Source: Candidatus Cloacimonadales bacterium (GTDB lineage: Bacteria > Cloacimonadota > Cloacimonadia > Cloacimonadales > JAFGVF01). From it: a stretch of DNA of 64,000 nucleotides. The stretch spans positions 672,001 through 736,000 of the forward strand of contig OY759729.1 of NCBI GenBank assembly GCA_963662585.1, read 5' to 3'. A model generated the notes under the pieces. It was given only the letters and a program-made list of their open reading frames with translations, did no database searches and was not told where the DNA came from. A program made the position numbers and the translations under genes. The stretch's first letter is position 1. Each line of letters starts with the position of its first letter. Of the stretch, positions 9,902 through 19,745 are shown piece after piece.

Positions 9902-11100
9902 CTAAATAGCATCCTTGAACCTAAAGTGAAAGTATTCTTAAAATCAAAAGTAGTAAAGCTACTAAATGATTGAGTATTATTATTCTCTAAGTAGAAGAGG
10001 AAATTGGAATTCAGCTTATACTCAATAGCAGAGATAATCGTATTATAAACATTATGACTATATCTATCTTCAAGAGATAATGAAATAGAGTTTGTTAAAG
10101 GATATTCAAGATAGGCAAAATATATTCTGCTGAGGTTTTCAAAACTGATTCTGCTTCCAGCAATGACAAATGCCTTATAATTATAAGATGGTATATTAAA
10201 TCTAGCTTGAAGTCTTAGCATGTTAGCCAAACGATAGTACTCTTTATCTGTTTTATCATAACTAAAATGGGAAAAATAACTAATGTAAGAGCTCAAATAA
10301 GGGTTAAAAGAGTAATTATAACGAAGATTGTTAATAAAATTATGTCTTTGATATGATTCGTATTGTTGAGACTCTTTATTTAGATATTGAAAGTCTTCAC
10401 TGATCTTTCCACCCAAAAAACTTTTAGAAGTATAGTTTACTCCAACTCCGTAGTGAGTATAATCGTGATTTCTGCCTGGATCATTAAAATTAACATTAGA
10501 GCTATAAAAAGTCTTATTCTCAAAAGTTGAGTAGAGGGATAATTCACTATTTAGATTATAAGCTAAAGCTAGGTCTTTATAAAATTCATCATAATATTCT
10601 GCTTCAGCGGAGTTTATCACATCTTGATAATCAAACTTATAATCTATCCCGCTTCTTCTTCCTCTTAAACCTGCAAGTAAAGATATATTTTGCCATTGAT
10701 TTTGAGTGTAAAGATAGAGGTTATTTTTAACTAGAGGCTTAATAGGGAAATCGATTCCATTAATAATAAAGTTATCTTGGGTCTTGTCATAATCATAATA
10801 ATCGACATTATAGCCTAAAATAAACTTGCTATTTTCAGCTAATTGATAAGTTGATAAAGTTCTTAACTCATTAGTGATATTAGAATTATAATCATCATAG
10901 TCTTCTTCAGTAACAAGGGAATTCATCTGAACTTGGATATTTAATCTATTTAACATAAATTCAGAAAGGAAGTTATTTTCAAATCCATAAACCTCTATAT
11001 CATGAGAATTATATAAGGAAAAACGGGATTGATTCCAGAAGCTAGCACTAGAATAAACTGCTGTAAAAATAATAAATATAGATAAAAGATTCTTTTTCAT
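9898..11100 (-). CDS. Hypothetical exported protein, probable outer-membrane beta-barrel
   Basis: Signal peptide; Tyr/Phe-rich alternating strands (YGVGVNY, NLRYNYSF, LQARFN); ends TFTLGSRMLFR. Confidence 0.6.
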   Translation of the reverse strand: MKKNLLSIFIIFTAVYSSASFWNQSRFSLYNSHDIEVYGFENNFLSEFMLNRLNIQVQMNSLVTEEDYDDYNSNITNELRTLSTYQLAENSKFILGYNVDYYDYDKTQDNFIINGIDFPIKPLVKNNLYLYTQNQWQNISLLAGLRGRRSGIDYKFDYQDVINSAEAEYYDEFYKDLALAYNLNSELSLYSTFENKTFYSSNVNFNDPGRNHDYTHYGVGVNYTSKSFLGGKISEDFQYLNKESQQYESYQRHNFINNLRYNYSFNPYLSSYISYFSHFSYDKTDKEYYRLANMLRLQARFNIPSYNYKAFVIAGSRISFENLSRIYFAYLEYPLTNSISLSLEDRYSHNVYNTIISAIEYKLNSNFLFYLENNNTQSFSSFTTFDFKNTFTLGSRMLFR

Positions 11101-11345
11101 TAGTAAATAGCTCCTTCAGGACAAACTGCAATACAATCGCCACAACTAGTACATTTTGACTGGTCAATTACAGCTTTACCCTCTAGATTATATTCTATTG
11201 CATCGCTGGGGCAAACAGCAATGCATTCACCGCAACTAGTACAAGAACTCTTATCTACATTATACTCTTTCTCAGTAGGCTTCTTGCAGGCTATTAAAGA
11301 TAATAAAGCCAGTGAAATAAGCAAAATAATTAGTATTTTTTTCAT
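11100..11345 (-). CDS. Lipoprotein with 2x[4Fe-4S] ferredoxin domain
   Basis: Lipobox LIAC; CTSCGECIAVCP and CTSCGDCIAVCP. Confidence 0.85.
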   Translation of the reverse strand: MKKILIILLISLALLSLIACKKPTEKEYNVDKSSCTSCGECIAVCPSDAIEYNLEGKAVIDQSKCTSCGDCIAVCPEGAIY

Positions 11346-11596
11346 TGTTGGCTCCCTTCTATTGCATCATAAGTACAAGAACCAACACAGATATTGCAGT
11401 TTATACATTTTTCATTATCAATTACTGCCTTGCCATTGATAACTTCAATAGCTTGAACCGGACAAGCATCTACACAATCTCCACAACCAACGCAATCATA
11501 CTTAATAACAAAAGGGTTTCCAATTGCATCTGTAGCAAAAAGAAACCCTATAATTATGATTGCTATTACAAATATTAATAATAGCTTTTTATTCAT
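11342..11596 (-). CDS. Signal-peptide/membrane-anchored 2x[4Fe-4S] ferredoxin
   Basis: Hydrophobic N-terminus; CVGCGDCVDACP and CINCNICVGSCT. Confidence 0.85.
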   Translation of the reverse strand: MNKKLLLIFVIAIIIIGFLFATDAIGNPFVIKYDCVGCGDCVDACPVQAIEVINGKAVIDNEKCINCNICVGSCTYDAIEGSQQ

Positions 11597-11603
11597 GATT
11601 TTC

Positions 11604-12140
11604 CTATTTTATAACTGTTAAAAGTTTTGAAATTTCTTTATCATTTGTTGAGTATTTATATAAATAGTTTCCTGAAGGAACTTTATTACCTGAATTATCT
11701 GTCAAATCCCAACCAACTGCATTAGTTTTTTCATTGAATTCAAGTGTTTTGATTTTCTGACCTTTAATGTTATAAATAGTCAAATTACCGATATTACTTC
11801 TCTCTTCTGATGTTAATTTGAATACTGCTTTGCTTGCTGTAGGGTTTGGAAATACATTAACATCAAGACTTACTGGAGCAACATCATCTAATTCATTACT
11901 AACAGGAACTTGAGATATTGCATTACGAACACATCTGTCTGCACAATCACCACAGTCTTCACATAAATTAGCATCAATCTGATACTTATGTAAAGTTACA
12001 TCATAATATATTGCATCTACATCACAAGAACTAACACATCTAGCACAATTATTACATCTAACTGCGTTTATTTGATATACTGCAAAAAGAGTTAAAATAA
12101 TACTAAACAATATGACTACTGTTAAAATACTTTTTTTCAT
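11604..12140 (-). CDS. Secreted 2x[4Fe-4S]-motif protein with FlgD-Ig/T9SS-type-A-like C-terminal domain
   Basis: Signal peptide ending LFA; CNNCARCVSSC and CEDCGDCADRC; FPNP...IYNIKGQKIK...WD...SGNYLY. Confidence 0.85.
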   Translation of the reverse strand: MKKSILTVVILFSIILTLFAVYQINAVRCNNCARCVSSCDVDAIYYDVTLHKYQIDANLCEDCGDCADRCVRNAISQVPVSNELDDVAPVSLDVNVFPNPTASKAVFKLTSEERSNIGNLTIYNIKGQKIKTLEFNEKTNAVGWDLTDNSGNKVPSGNYLYKYSTNDKEISKLLTVIK

Positions 12141-12148
12141 ACTTTCTC

Positions 12149-12682
12149 CTACTTTTGCTCTATTGCCTTAACAGGACAACCTTTAAAACGACCACTACCA
12201 TTTACGCAAATTCCGCAATCAATACATTTCTCTTGATCAATTACAGCCTTACCTTTCACCATTGATATAGCACCTTCAGGGCACTGATTGACACATAATC
12301 TACAACCGATACATTTTTTACTATCGACTACATGCTTACCACTACTTCTAACTTCGTCTAAAATCATGAACTTATCAACAACAAAACCACTTTTGCTGTT
12401 TGTTCCTGAGAAAATATATTTCTTACCAACTTCTATTTTTTCTATCTCTTTTTCCATATTTTCAGGAATAACTAAATTAAATACCACAAGAGTTGAATCT
12501 TGTACTAATTGAAGCTGATTCTCAAGAACCTGAACTATACCGCAAATATTCTCAGTTAAAAGCTCATTTTCTGCTTTAGGAAAATGTTTTCCACAATGTT
12601 TTTTGTGTTCCTCAGAAATTAACACTGTTAAAGTAATTAATAGCATTAATATAATCAAGACAGCCTTTTTAATATTATTCAT
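12149..12682 (-). CDS. Exported protein with unknown N-terminal domain and C-terminal 2x[4Fe-4S] domain
   Basis: Signal peptide; CIGCRLCVNQCP and CIDCGICx8CP. Confidence 0.85.
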   Translation of the reverse strand: MNNIKKAVLIILMLLITLTVLISEEHKKHCGKHFPKAENELLTENICGIVQVLENQLQLVQDSTLVVFNLVIPENMEKEIEKIEVGKKYIFSGTNSKSGFVVDKFMILDEVRSSGKHVVDSKKCIGCRLCVNQCPEGAISMVKGKAVIDQEKCIDCGICVNGSGRFKGCPVKAIEQK

Positions 12683-12872
12683 TCAATTCTCCATTCTTTT
12701 TTTACTTCCAACTTGCTGGGAAATAATATTTTGTCAATAGAAAATAAGTTAGCTTAAACGAACCATCCCTATTAGATGAATATTGCAACCACTCTTCTTC
12801 TAACTTATTATATTGTTAGATATAAATTAATCATATATCCTATTATTCTACTATGCTTTAGTGAAAAAAAAA

Positions 12873-15325
12873 CTATTTTATGCTTTTCTTTCTTAGTCTA
12901 TTTGAATTAGTAACTACAGTAATTGAACTTGTTGCCATAGCAATTTCAGCTATTACTGGGTGAAGCATTCCAGTAAATGCTAATGGGATAGCAACTAAAT
13001 TATAGGCAAAGGCCCAGAAAAGATTTTGTTTTATCTTTTTAAAAGTTTCTTGAGAGAGTTTAACAGCCTGAACCACACTCATTAAACTACCTTTAACAAG
13101 AGTAATATCTGCTGATTCAATAGCTATATCTGTACCTGTACCCAAAGCAATACCAACATTTGCTTGCTTTAAAGCTGGAGCATCATTTATTCCATCTCCC
13201 ACCATAGCGACTAACCCATACTCACTCTGCATCTTTTTTATCTGCTCCACTTTTTGGCTTGGTAGAACTTCAGCAACAACAAAATCAATATTTACTTTGT
13301 TAGCTATTGCTTGAGCTGTTTTCTGATTATCGCCACTAATCATCGCAGTTTTAAATCCTAACTTATGCAATCTACTAATAGCTTCCTGGGAATCCTCTTT
13401 TATTGCATCTGCAACTGCAACTAATCCTATAAACTCTCCTGCTTGTGCCAAGAGAATAACAGTTTTAGCTTCACTCTCCAAACCATCTATCTTATGCTCA
13501 TAAGCAGAATAATCTATAGCATTATCTTTCATAAGTTTCTTATTACCCAGTAGAATCTTCTGAGAATCTATGCTTCCACTCAGTCCTTTCCCAGCAAAGG
13601 AGAAGAAATCTGTAACTTCTCTTACCTTCAACTTTTCTTGTTCAAGATAATCTAAAATAGCGATTCCTAATGGATGATCTGATTTAGTTTCTAAAGATCC
13701 TGCCAGAGTAATCAGTTTTTGATTATCTCTATCAACTGCTATTATGTCTGTAACTTCTGGTTTTCCCTTAGTAATTGTTCCTGTTTTATCAAAAACAATT
13801 ACCTTTACATCTTTCATTGTTTGAATTGCAGCCCCATTTCTGATTAAAATACCATTCTCCGCCCCCATTCCACTTCCTACCATTAGAGCAGTAGGTGTAG
13901 CTAAACCAAGAGCACAAGGACAGGCTATTACTAATACAGCCACTGTGGCGAAGATAGCTTGAGTTAAAGTATTTGCTTCTGGATTGACCCAGGCAAGATA
14001 ATTTGCTGCCCAAAGAGTGATTGAGTGTAATGTTTCGGGAAATATTAACCAACTTGAAAAAGCTATGATAGCCAAAAGTATCACTATAGGAACAAAGAAA
14101 GCAGTTACCTTATCAGCAAATTCTTGGATTGGGACTTTAGAACCTTGAGCTTCTTCCACCATTCTAATAATCTGCGATAAAAAGGTCTCCTTCCCTATCT
14201 TCTCTACTTTAACTTTGATAAAGCCATTCTGATTTATTGTTGCGCCCAGTACTTTATCTTTGGGCTGCTTTTTTACTGGTAAAGACTCTCCTGTCGCCAT
14301 TGATTCATCGATAGTGGTTGCTCCAGAAACAATCTCACCATCTGTAGGTATTTTTGCTCCAGGTTTTACTAGCATTATATCACCCAGCTTTAAAGCTTCA
14401 ACAGGGACACTCTTCTCTTCCCCATTCTCTTCTATCAGAGCAGTCTTAGCCCCTAATTCTAAAAGTTTCTTTATTGCATGAGAAGCTCTTCCTTTAGCTT
14501 TGACTTCAATGTATCTTCCAGTAAGATGAAAGGCCATAATCATAGCTGAAACACCAGCAAAACTGGCAATTTCCATGAAAAAATGAAGAATACCTGTCAG
14601 AAAAGCTGCACCTGTTCCTAAAGTGATTAAGACATCCATATTGGCAGAGCCATGAATAATTGATTTAAAAGCAGACTTAAATGTCTTTGACCCAACAGTG
14701 AAGAGTCCTATTGAAGCAAGTACTAATATTCCTATATTATGGACTAGATGATTGGGCCACATTACATTAAAGAGCATCATAGGAAGCATCCAAAGCATAA
14801 TAGGAATAGTAACTGCCCAAATCACAATCATTCTTTTCTTAGCATCATAAAGATGTTGCTCTTCATTATCTACAGCTACTTCTTCCTGAACTCCATAACC
14901 TGCATTAATCACAACATCCCTTAAAGAATCGTAATTGGTAGAGCTAGAATCAATCTCAATTGTCGCCACTTCAGAAGCTAGATTAACATTGACACCTTTT
15001 ACTCCAGGAGCTTTCTTTAATGCTCTTTCTACAGCTGAAGAGCAACTCGCACAGGACATTCACTTATATTTAATTTTATGGTATTTACATTTGTCAGGGT
15101 AGATTCAGGATTTATTGACTCAAGAACTTCATAGCCAGTATTTGTTACAACTTGCTCAATTTCAGCAACAGATATTTGATCAGGATCATGAGTAACAAAA
15201 GCCTTTCCTGCAGGATAATTTACATTTACTTCAAAAACACCCTCTGTCTTCTTTAAAGCTCTTTCAATAGAGGCAGAACAACTACTACAGGACATCCCAT
15301 CTATATTGATAATTAACTTATTCAT
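12873..15325 (-). CDS. copA: Cu(I)-translocating P1B ATPase with two N-terminal HMA domains, split by an apparent 1-bp deletion near 15061 (ORFs 15029-15325 and 12873-15059)
   Basis: GMSCSSC and MSCASC, TGES, ACPCALG, DKTGT, HP, GDGINDAP, YN, MATSS; adding one G restores NISGMSCASC. Confidence 0.9.
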
Positions 15326-15395
15326 TAATTCTCCCCTTATTTAGGTTAAATATTTTTTATATATAAGTTAACTGCCTATAACAAAATAACCAATC

Positions 15396-16868
15396 TTATT
15401 TTTGTATTATCAGCTTCTTATGAACAGATTCCCCTGCTGTCTTGATCTTGAGGATATAGAAACCACTACTCAAGTTTGTGTTGGATAAAGAGAAGTCTTT
15501 TGCAGAACTAATCTGTTTGTTAACTAATTGACCCTTTAGATTATAGAGAGAAATACTCTTTATGGTATTATCTGCTTTAATAGTAATCTTTTCATTTAGA
15601 GAATTAATCACATTTGGATAAATGCTTATCTTTTCAAGAGCTATTGCATTACTTTCATTAGAAAGAGCATCTAGCCACTCTTTAGTAGCAGAAAAGATAG
15701 CTTCTTCATAATCATAAAAAACATCTCCATAACTGAAATTAGCACCATTAGTTAAGAAGATTATGACAATATCTCGCCCGATATTATAGTAAGCGTCACT
15801 AATTAAGCCATAAGCTTCACCTGCATGACCATAAAAGAGTTCGTTATCGAACAAGTCATAGCTTCGTTGAAGCTGTAATCCCATCTCAGTAAAGAAACCA
15901 CCTAATCCTGAACCGCTCCAATTAAGCTCTTCCATCTCCGAAATAGTAGTTTGGGATAGTATTTCTACTTCATCATAACTTCCTCTATTTTTAAGCATCA
16001 AGAATATCTTGGCTAAGTCTGATGTGCTAATTCTTAAGCCACCTTGAGGAGCATAAATTAATCCATTCCAACCAAGAGGAATTTCTTCTAAATCTACTTC
16101 ACTGGGATATAGGCCTTGATAATTATCTGCTTGTGGACTAGGAATACCTCCCACAAAACGATAAAGTACTGCTAAGTCATCTATATCACTTAAAGCAGAG
16201 AAATTATTCCAACAAGCTTCTATTTCTAATGGAGCAAAAATATTTTCTTCACAAAAAGTTGAAAAATGTTCTTCAGCCATAATTTCAACAATAGTTGCTA
16301 CAATCCCAGCCGAGAGATTCGAATAATCCCAACCTGCTTGATTCCCTGGTGCATAATAAGTGGTCCAAATTGAAGAATTATAATAATCGCCTGAAACAAG
16401 AAGTAGTTCTGAGATAGCAGGGGGACTTTGTGCGTAAGAAGCAGTTAAGAAATTACTATAAGCATTGCTATCTCTCAAGCCTGAAGTATGCGTTAAGAGA
16501 TGTCTAAGAGTTATAATATTATTAGGATAATTAGGATTACGAAGATCATAACCAAGATAATTTGAGACATCACTATCTAACTCTAAAAGCCCTTCTTCAA
16601 CTAATTTCATTGCAGCAATAGCAGTGATTACTTTAGAAATTGATGCTATTCTAAACTTAGTATCACTATCAATTCTCAGCTCTCTATCATAATCTTTCCA
16701 ACCGTAGTTAAAATTATATAATTGTTGATTATATACTAGACAATAAGAAGCCCCAACTGCATCATATTGCCCTGAAATCTGATTAAATCTGTTCGATAAT
16801 TGTAAGATATCCTGACTGGCAATTTTAACAACAATAATAAACAATAATATTAGTAATCTATACTTCAT
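15396..16868 (-). CDS. Serine hydrolase (class C beta-lactamase-like fold) with C-terminal sorting domain
   Basis: SISK (SxxK), LLTHTSG, YSN, HAG; tail IYPN...LYNLKGQLV...GFYILKI. Confidence 0.85.
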   Translation of the reverse strand: MKYRLLILLFIIVVKIASQDILQLSNRFNQISGQYDAVGASYCLVYNQQLYNFNYGWKDYDRELRIDSDTKFRIASISKVITAIAAMKLVEEGLLELDSDVSNYLGYDLRNPNYPNNIITLRHLLTHTSGLRDSNAYSNFLTASYAQSPPAISELLLVSGDYYNSSIWTTYYAPGNQAGWDYSNLSAGIVATIVEIMAEEHFSTFCEENIFAPLEIEACWNNFSALSDIDDLAVLYRFVGGIPSPQADNYQGLYPSEVDLEEIPLGWNGLIYAPQGGLRISTSDLAKIFLMLKNRGSYDEVEILSQTTISEMEELNWSGSGLGGFFTEMGLQLQRSYDLFDNELFYGHAGEAYGLISDAYYNIGRDIVIIFLTNGANFSYGDVFYDYEEAIFSATKEWLDALSNESNAIALEKISIYPNVINSLNEKITIKADNTIKSISLYNLKGQLVNKQISSAKDFSLSNTNLSSGFYILKIKTAGESVHKKLIIQK

Positions 16869-16978
16869 TTTCCTCTCACTTTAAGTAATAATCTATTCCC
16901 CAATTAATATATTTATATTCTATGATTATCAAAATACTGATTCGTAAGTTTTAGTCAATAAAATTGTTGAAACTTCCC

Positions 16979-17007
16979 TTGACAATATCACCGATAATCT
17001 ATATATT
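16979..17007 (+). promoter_or_regulatory. Sigma70-type promoter for the 17034-22055 operon
   Basis: TTGACA-N17-TATATT followed by GGGAG RBS. Confidence 0.55.
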
Positions 17008-17033
17008 AAATTTCTTAGGGAGAAAATGCAATA

Positions 17034-18092
17034 ATGAAAAAATATCTTTTTATATTAGGATTAATTTACTATGCCAATACTTGTCTTTTATCGGCTCAAC
17101 AAATTATAGATGTTGAAATGGGACTAAGTTCTTATGTAGGAGGATATTATTATAAAAATAATGCCAAAAAAGATTTCGAATATAAATCTAACCATAATTG
17201 GTATCTTAACCTAAACAAACAGATTAATGACAATATCTCTACTTCTGCTGAGATTAGGTATTATCCTGAGTTCTTTGATAAAAAACTCTATCTCTACTCA
17301 GCTAGAGTTGCTTATCTTAACGATAATAAGCTCGAGTTTGCTTGGGAATATGATAGAATTGGCCTAGGGAAAACAAATCAGATTTTTAAAAATGTATTAA
17401 ATGATATTAGAAATGACCAAAATTTCATCACAGACTACAGATTCAACGGAGCAAGCCTTAAACACAGGATTATTGAGAATTTCTTTATAAAATACCGAGC
17501 TGGAGGTAATGATTTTAATACAGGATTAGGCTCAATAGAATTTTCTCTAGAACAAACTAACTTTAAGTTTCAGCAAAGTTTCCTAATGGTCTCTAGGGAT
17601 AATAGATTCAATGCTAAAGCTCTTAATATAAACAATCTATTAAGCTGGGAATCTACTAACCTCTATATTCGAAATATGTTTCATAATTCCTATATTGATT
17701 ATTATCGAGCAGATTCTCAAGAAAAAAGCACTGTAATCAAAGATATGATTGAAACAAAATTTTCTTTAACTAAGTTTCTTCAGCCTCAACTCAGCTTCTA
17801 CTACGAAGCCGAGAATTGGGATAAATTTAGAATTTATGAATCGAATAACATTATCAATATACTTCTTAACAAATATGAGATTTCTCCAGCCTTTAAATTT
17901 GTTAATTATCAAGACTATATCCAAAAAGAATACTCTTTGCTAGTTAATTATCATATTCATACTAAATGGGATGTAGGATTATTTACCAAGTTTATTGCTA
18001 CTAAAAAGGATCAGGATATAATTAGCTATGGCCTACAAACAAAATTTAATCTTCCTCTTAATTCTACTTACTTCAGTTCTTTTATTGACTAG
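17034..18092 (+). CDS. Hypothetical exported protein, possible outer-membrane beta-barrel
   Basis: Signal peptide; aromatic alternating strands; near-terminal ISYGLQTKF. Confidence 0.55.
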   Translation: MKKYLFILGLIYYANTCLLSAQQIIDVEMGLSSYVGGYYYKNNAKKDFEYKSNHNWYLNLNKQINDNISTSAEIRYYPEFFDKKLYLYSARVAYLNDNKLEFAWEYDRIGLGKTNQIFKNVLNDIRNDQNFITDYRFNGASLKHRIIENFFIKYRAGGNDFNTGLGSIEFSLEQTNFKFQQSFLMVSRDNRFNAKALNINNLLSWESTNLYIRNMFHNSYIDYYRADSQEKSTVIKDMIETKFSLTKFLQPQLSFYYEAENWDKFRIYESNNIINILLNKYEISPAFKFVNYQDYIQKEYSLLVNYHIHTKWDVGLFTKFIATKKDQDIISYGLQTKFNLPLNSTYFSSFID

Positions 18093-18777
18093 TTGTGATG
18101 ATATTAGTCAAGAGCGAAACAAACCTATTATCTGTTTCACTTTTGATGATGGTCACTTAAGCGCTTATAATAATGGCCTTCCCTTATTCCAGAGATTTGA
18201 TTATGAAGCAACTACCTTCCTTAATAGCGGATTTATAGGTAAAGAAGGAAGAGTATCTTGGGAGCAAGTTCTAGACCAATACGCTAATGGCTGGGAAGTT
18301 GGTGGTCATACAATAAATCATTTTGAGTTGGCAGAATTAGATGATGATGAGGCTTATTTCCAAATTGCTCAAGATTATAATAACTTCTTCGAACATGGCA
18401 TTAATTTAGTTAGTTTTGCTTTACCTGCTGGACACGCTAGCGAAAGAGATTATGAAATTATAAAAGCTCTATATAAAAATATCAGAAATAGTATTGACAA
18501 AGAGATGCATAGTCCATTAAATAGATTTGACCTTGGATATTTTGTCTATTTAACAGAATATGATTCAGAAATGGTTAAAGAAAGAATCATTAGAGGTAGT
18601 ATTAATGGTGAAGTATTAATAGTGATAGGTTTTCATAGAATTAGCCAAGACCAAACTTATGCTGTTGATAACTGCACTCCCCGAGAACTTGAAGAGATTT
18701 TAAGTTGGGTATCTGAACAAGATTATCAAGTAATGAGATTTGATAAAGCTATAGAGAAGCTTTTAAAGGATAATTAA
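18028..18777 (+). CDS. Polysaccharide deacetylase (CE4/NodB) lipoprotein
   Basis: Lipobox LTSC; FTFDDG, GGHTINH, FALPAG, FHRI. Confidence 0.85.
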   Translation: MAYKQNLIFLLILLTSVLLLTSCDDISQERNKPIICFTFDDGHLSAYNNGLPLFQRFDYEATTFLNSGFIGKEGRVSWEQVLDQYANGWEVGGHTINHFELAELDDDEAYFQIAQDYNNFFEHGINLVSFALPAGHASERDYEIIKALYKNIRNSIDKEMHSPLNRFDLGYFVYLTEYDSEMVKERIIRGSINGEVLIVIGFHRISQDQTYAVDNCTPRELEEILSWVSEQDYQVMRFDKAIEKLLKDN

Positions 18778-18786
18778 GGAGAAAAT

Positions 18787-19737
18787 ATGAAAATTGGTAA
18801 ATTATTAGTTATTTTTATGATTTTATTTACATTAACTGTTTGTCAAAAGCAGAATAACAAAGAAACTACTACAGAGACAACAGATGCAAAAACTGAGACT
18901 TATCAAATTGCCTTAGTTATGAAAACTCTCACTAACCCCTTCTTTATAACTATGGAAAGAGGAGCTAGAGAAGCAGAAAAAGAACTAGGAATAAAGCTAA
19001 TAGTTAAAACAGGTTCTCAGGAAACTGCTATTGCTCAGCAAATTGATATAATAAGAAAATTGATCAAAGACAAAGTTGATGCTATAGTTATCGCACCAGC
19101 TAGTTCTATTGAATTAGTGCCAATATTAGCCAAGGCCCAAGAACAAGGAATAGTAATTGTTAATATTGATAATGAACTAGATAAAGATACTTCTGCCAAA
19201 TTCAATCTAAAAAATGTACCTTTCATTAGTGTAGATAATCAAGAGGGAGCCTACCTTTCAGCTAAATACATTTGTGAGAATGTCACTAAAAAAAGTAAAG
19301 CTGTTATTCTTGAGGGAATCCGCAGTGCTCAGAATGGCATTGACCGTAAAAAAGGTGCTATGAAAGCATTTAATGAAAATAAAAATATCGAAGTTGTAGC
19401 TAGTGAAACAGCAAATTGGAAGATTGATGAAGCTTATGAAGTCTTTCAAAACATTTGGAATGAACACAAGGATATTGATTTAGTCTTCTGTTCAAATGAC
19501 ATGATGGCTCTGGGAGTAGTTCAATTCTTACAAGAGAATAACATCCAAAATGTCAAAATTGCTGCTTTTGATAATATTGAAGAAATAAAACCCCACCTTC
19601 AATCTGGCGCAGTCTCTGTCACTATAGATCAACAGGCAGATGTGCAGGGTTATAAAGGAATAGAAACTGCTTATAAATTGCTTAATAAAGAGCCAATTGA
19701 ATCTGTTACTGTGAGCGTTATACTAGTAAAAGAATAA
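18787..19737 (+). CDS. RbsB-like sugar-binding periplasmic (lipo)protein
   Basis: KTLTNPFF, VDAIVIAP, DNQEGA, NW, CSNDMMALG. Confidence 0.9.
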   Translation: MKIGKLLVIFMILFTLTVCQKQNNKETTTETTDAKTETYQIALVMKTLTNPFFITMERGAREAEKELGIKLIVKTGSQETAIAQQIDIIRKLIKDKVDAIVIAPASSIELVPILAKAQEQGIVIVNIDNELDKDTSAKFNLKNVPFISVDNQEGAYLSAKYICENVTKKSKAVILEGIRSAQNGIDRKKGAMKAFNENKNIEVVASETANWKIDEAYEVFQNIWNEHKDIDLVFCSNDMMALGVVQFLQENNIQNVKIAAFDNIEEIKPHLQSGAVSVTIDQQADVQGYKGIETAYKLLNKEPIESVTVSVILVKE

Positions 19738-19745
19738 TATTTATC

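Noticed and set aside
15396..16868. True beta-lactamase resistance gene
   Set aside because: SxxK/YxN fold is shared by many esterases and peptidases; nothing supports beta-lactam specificity
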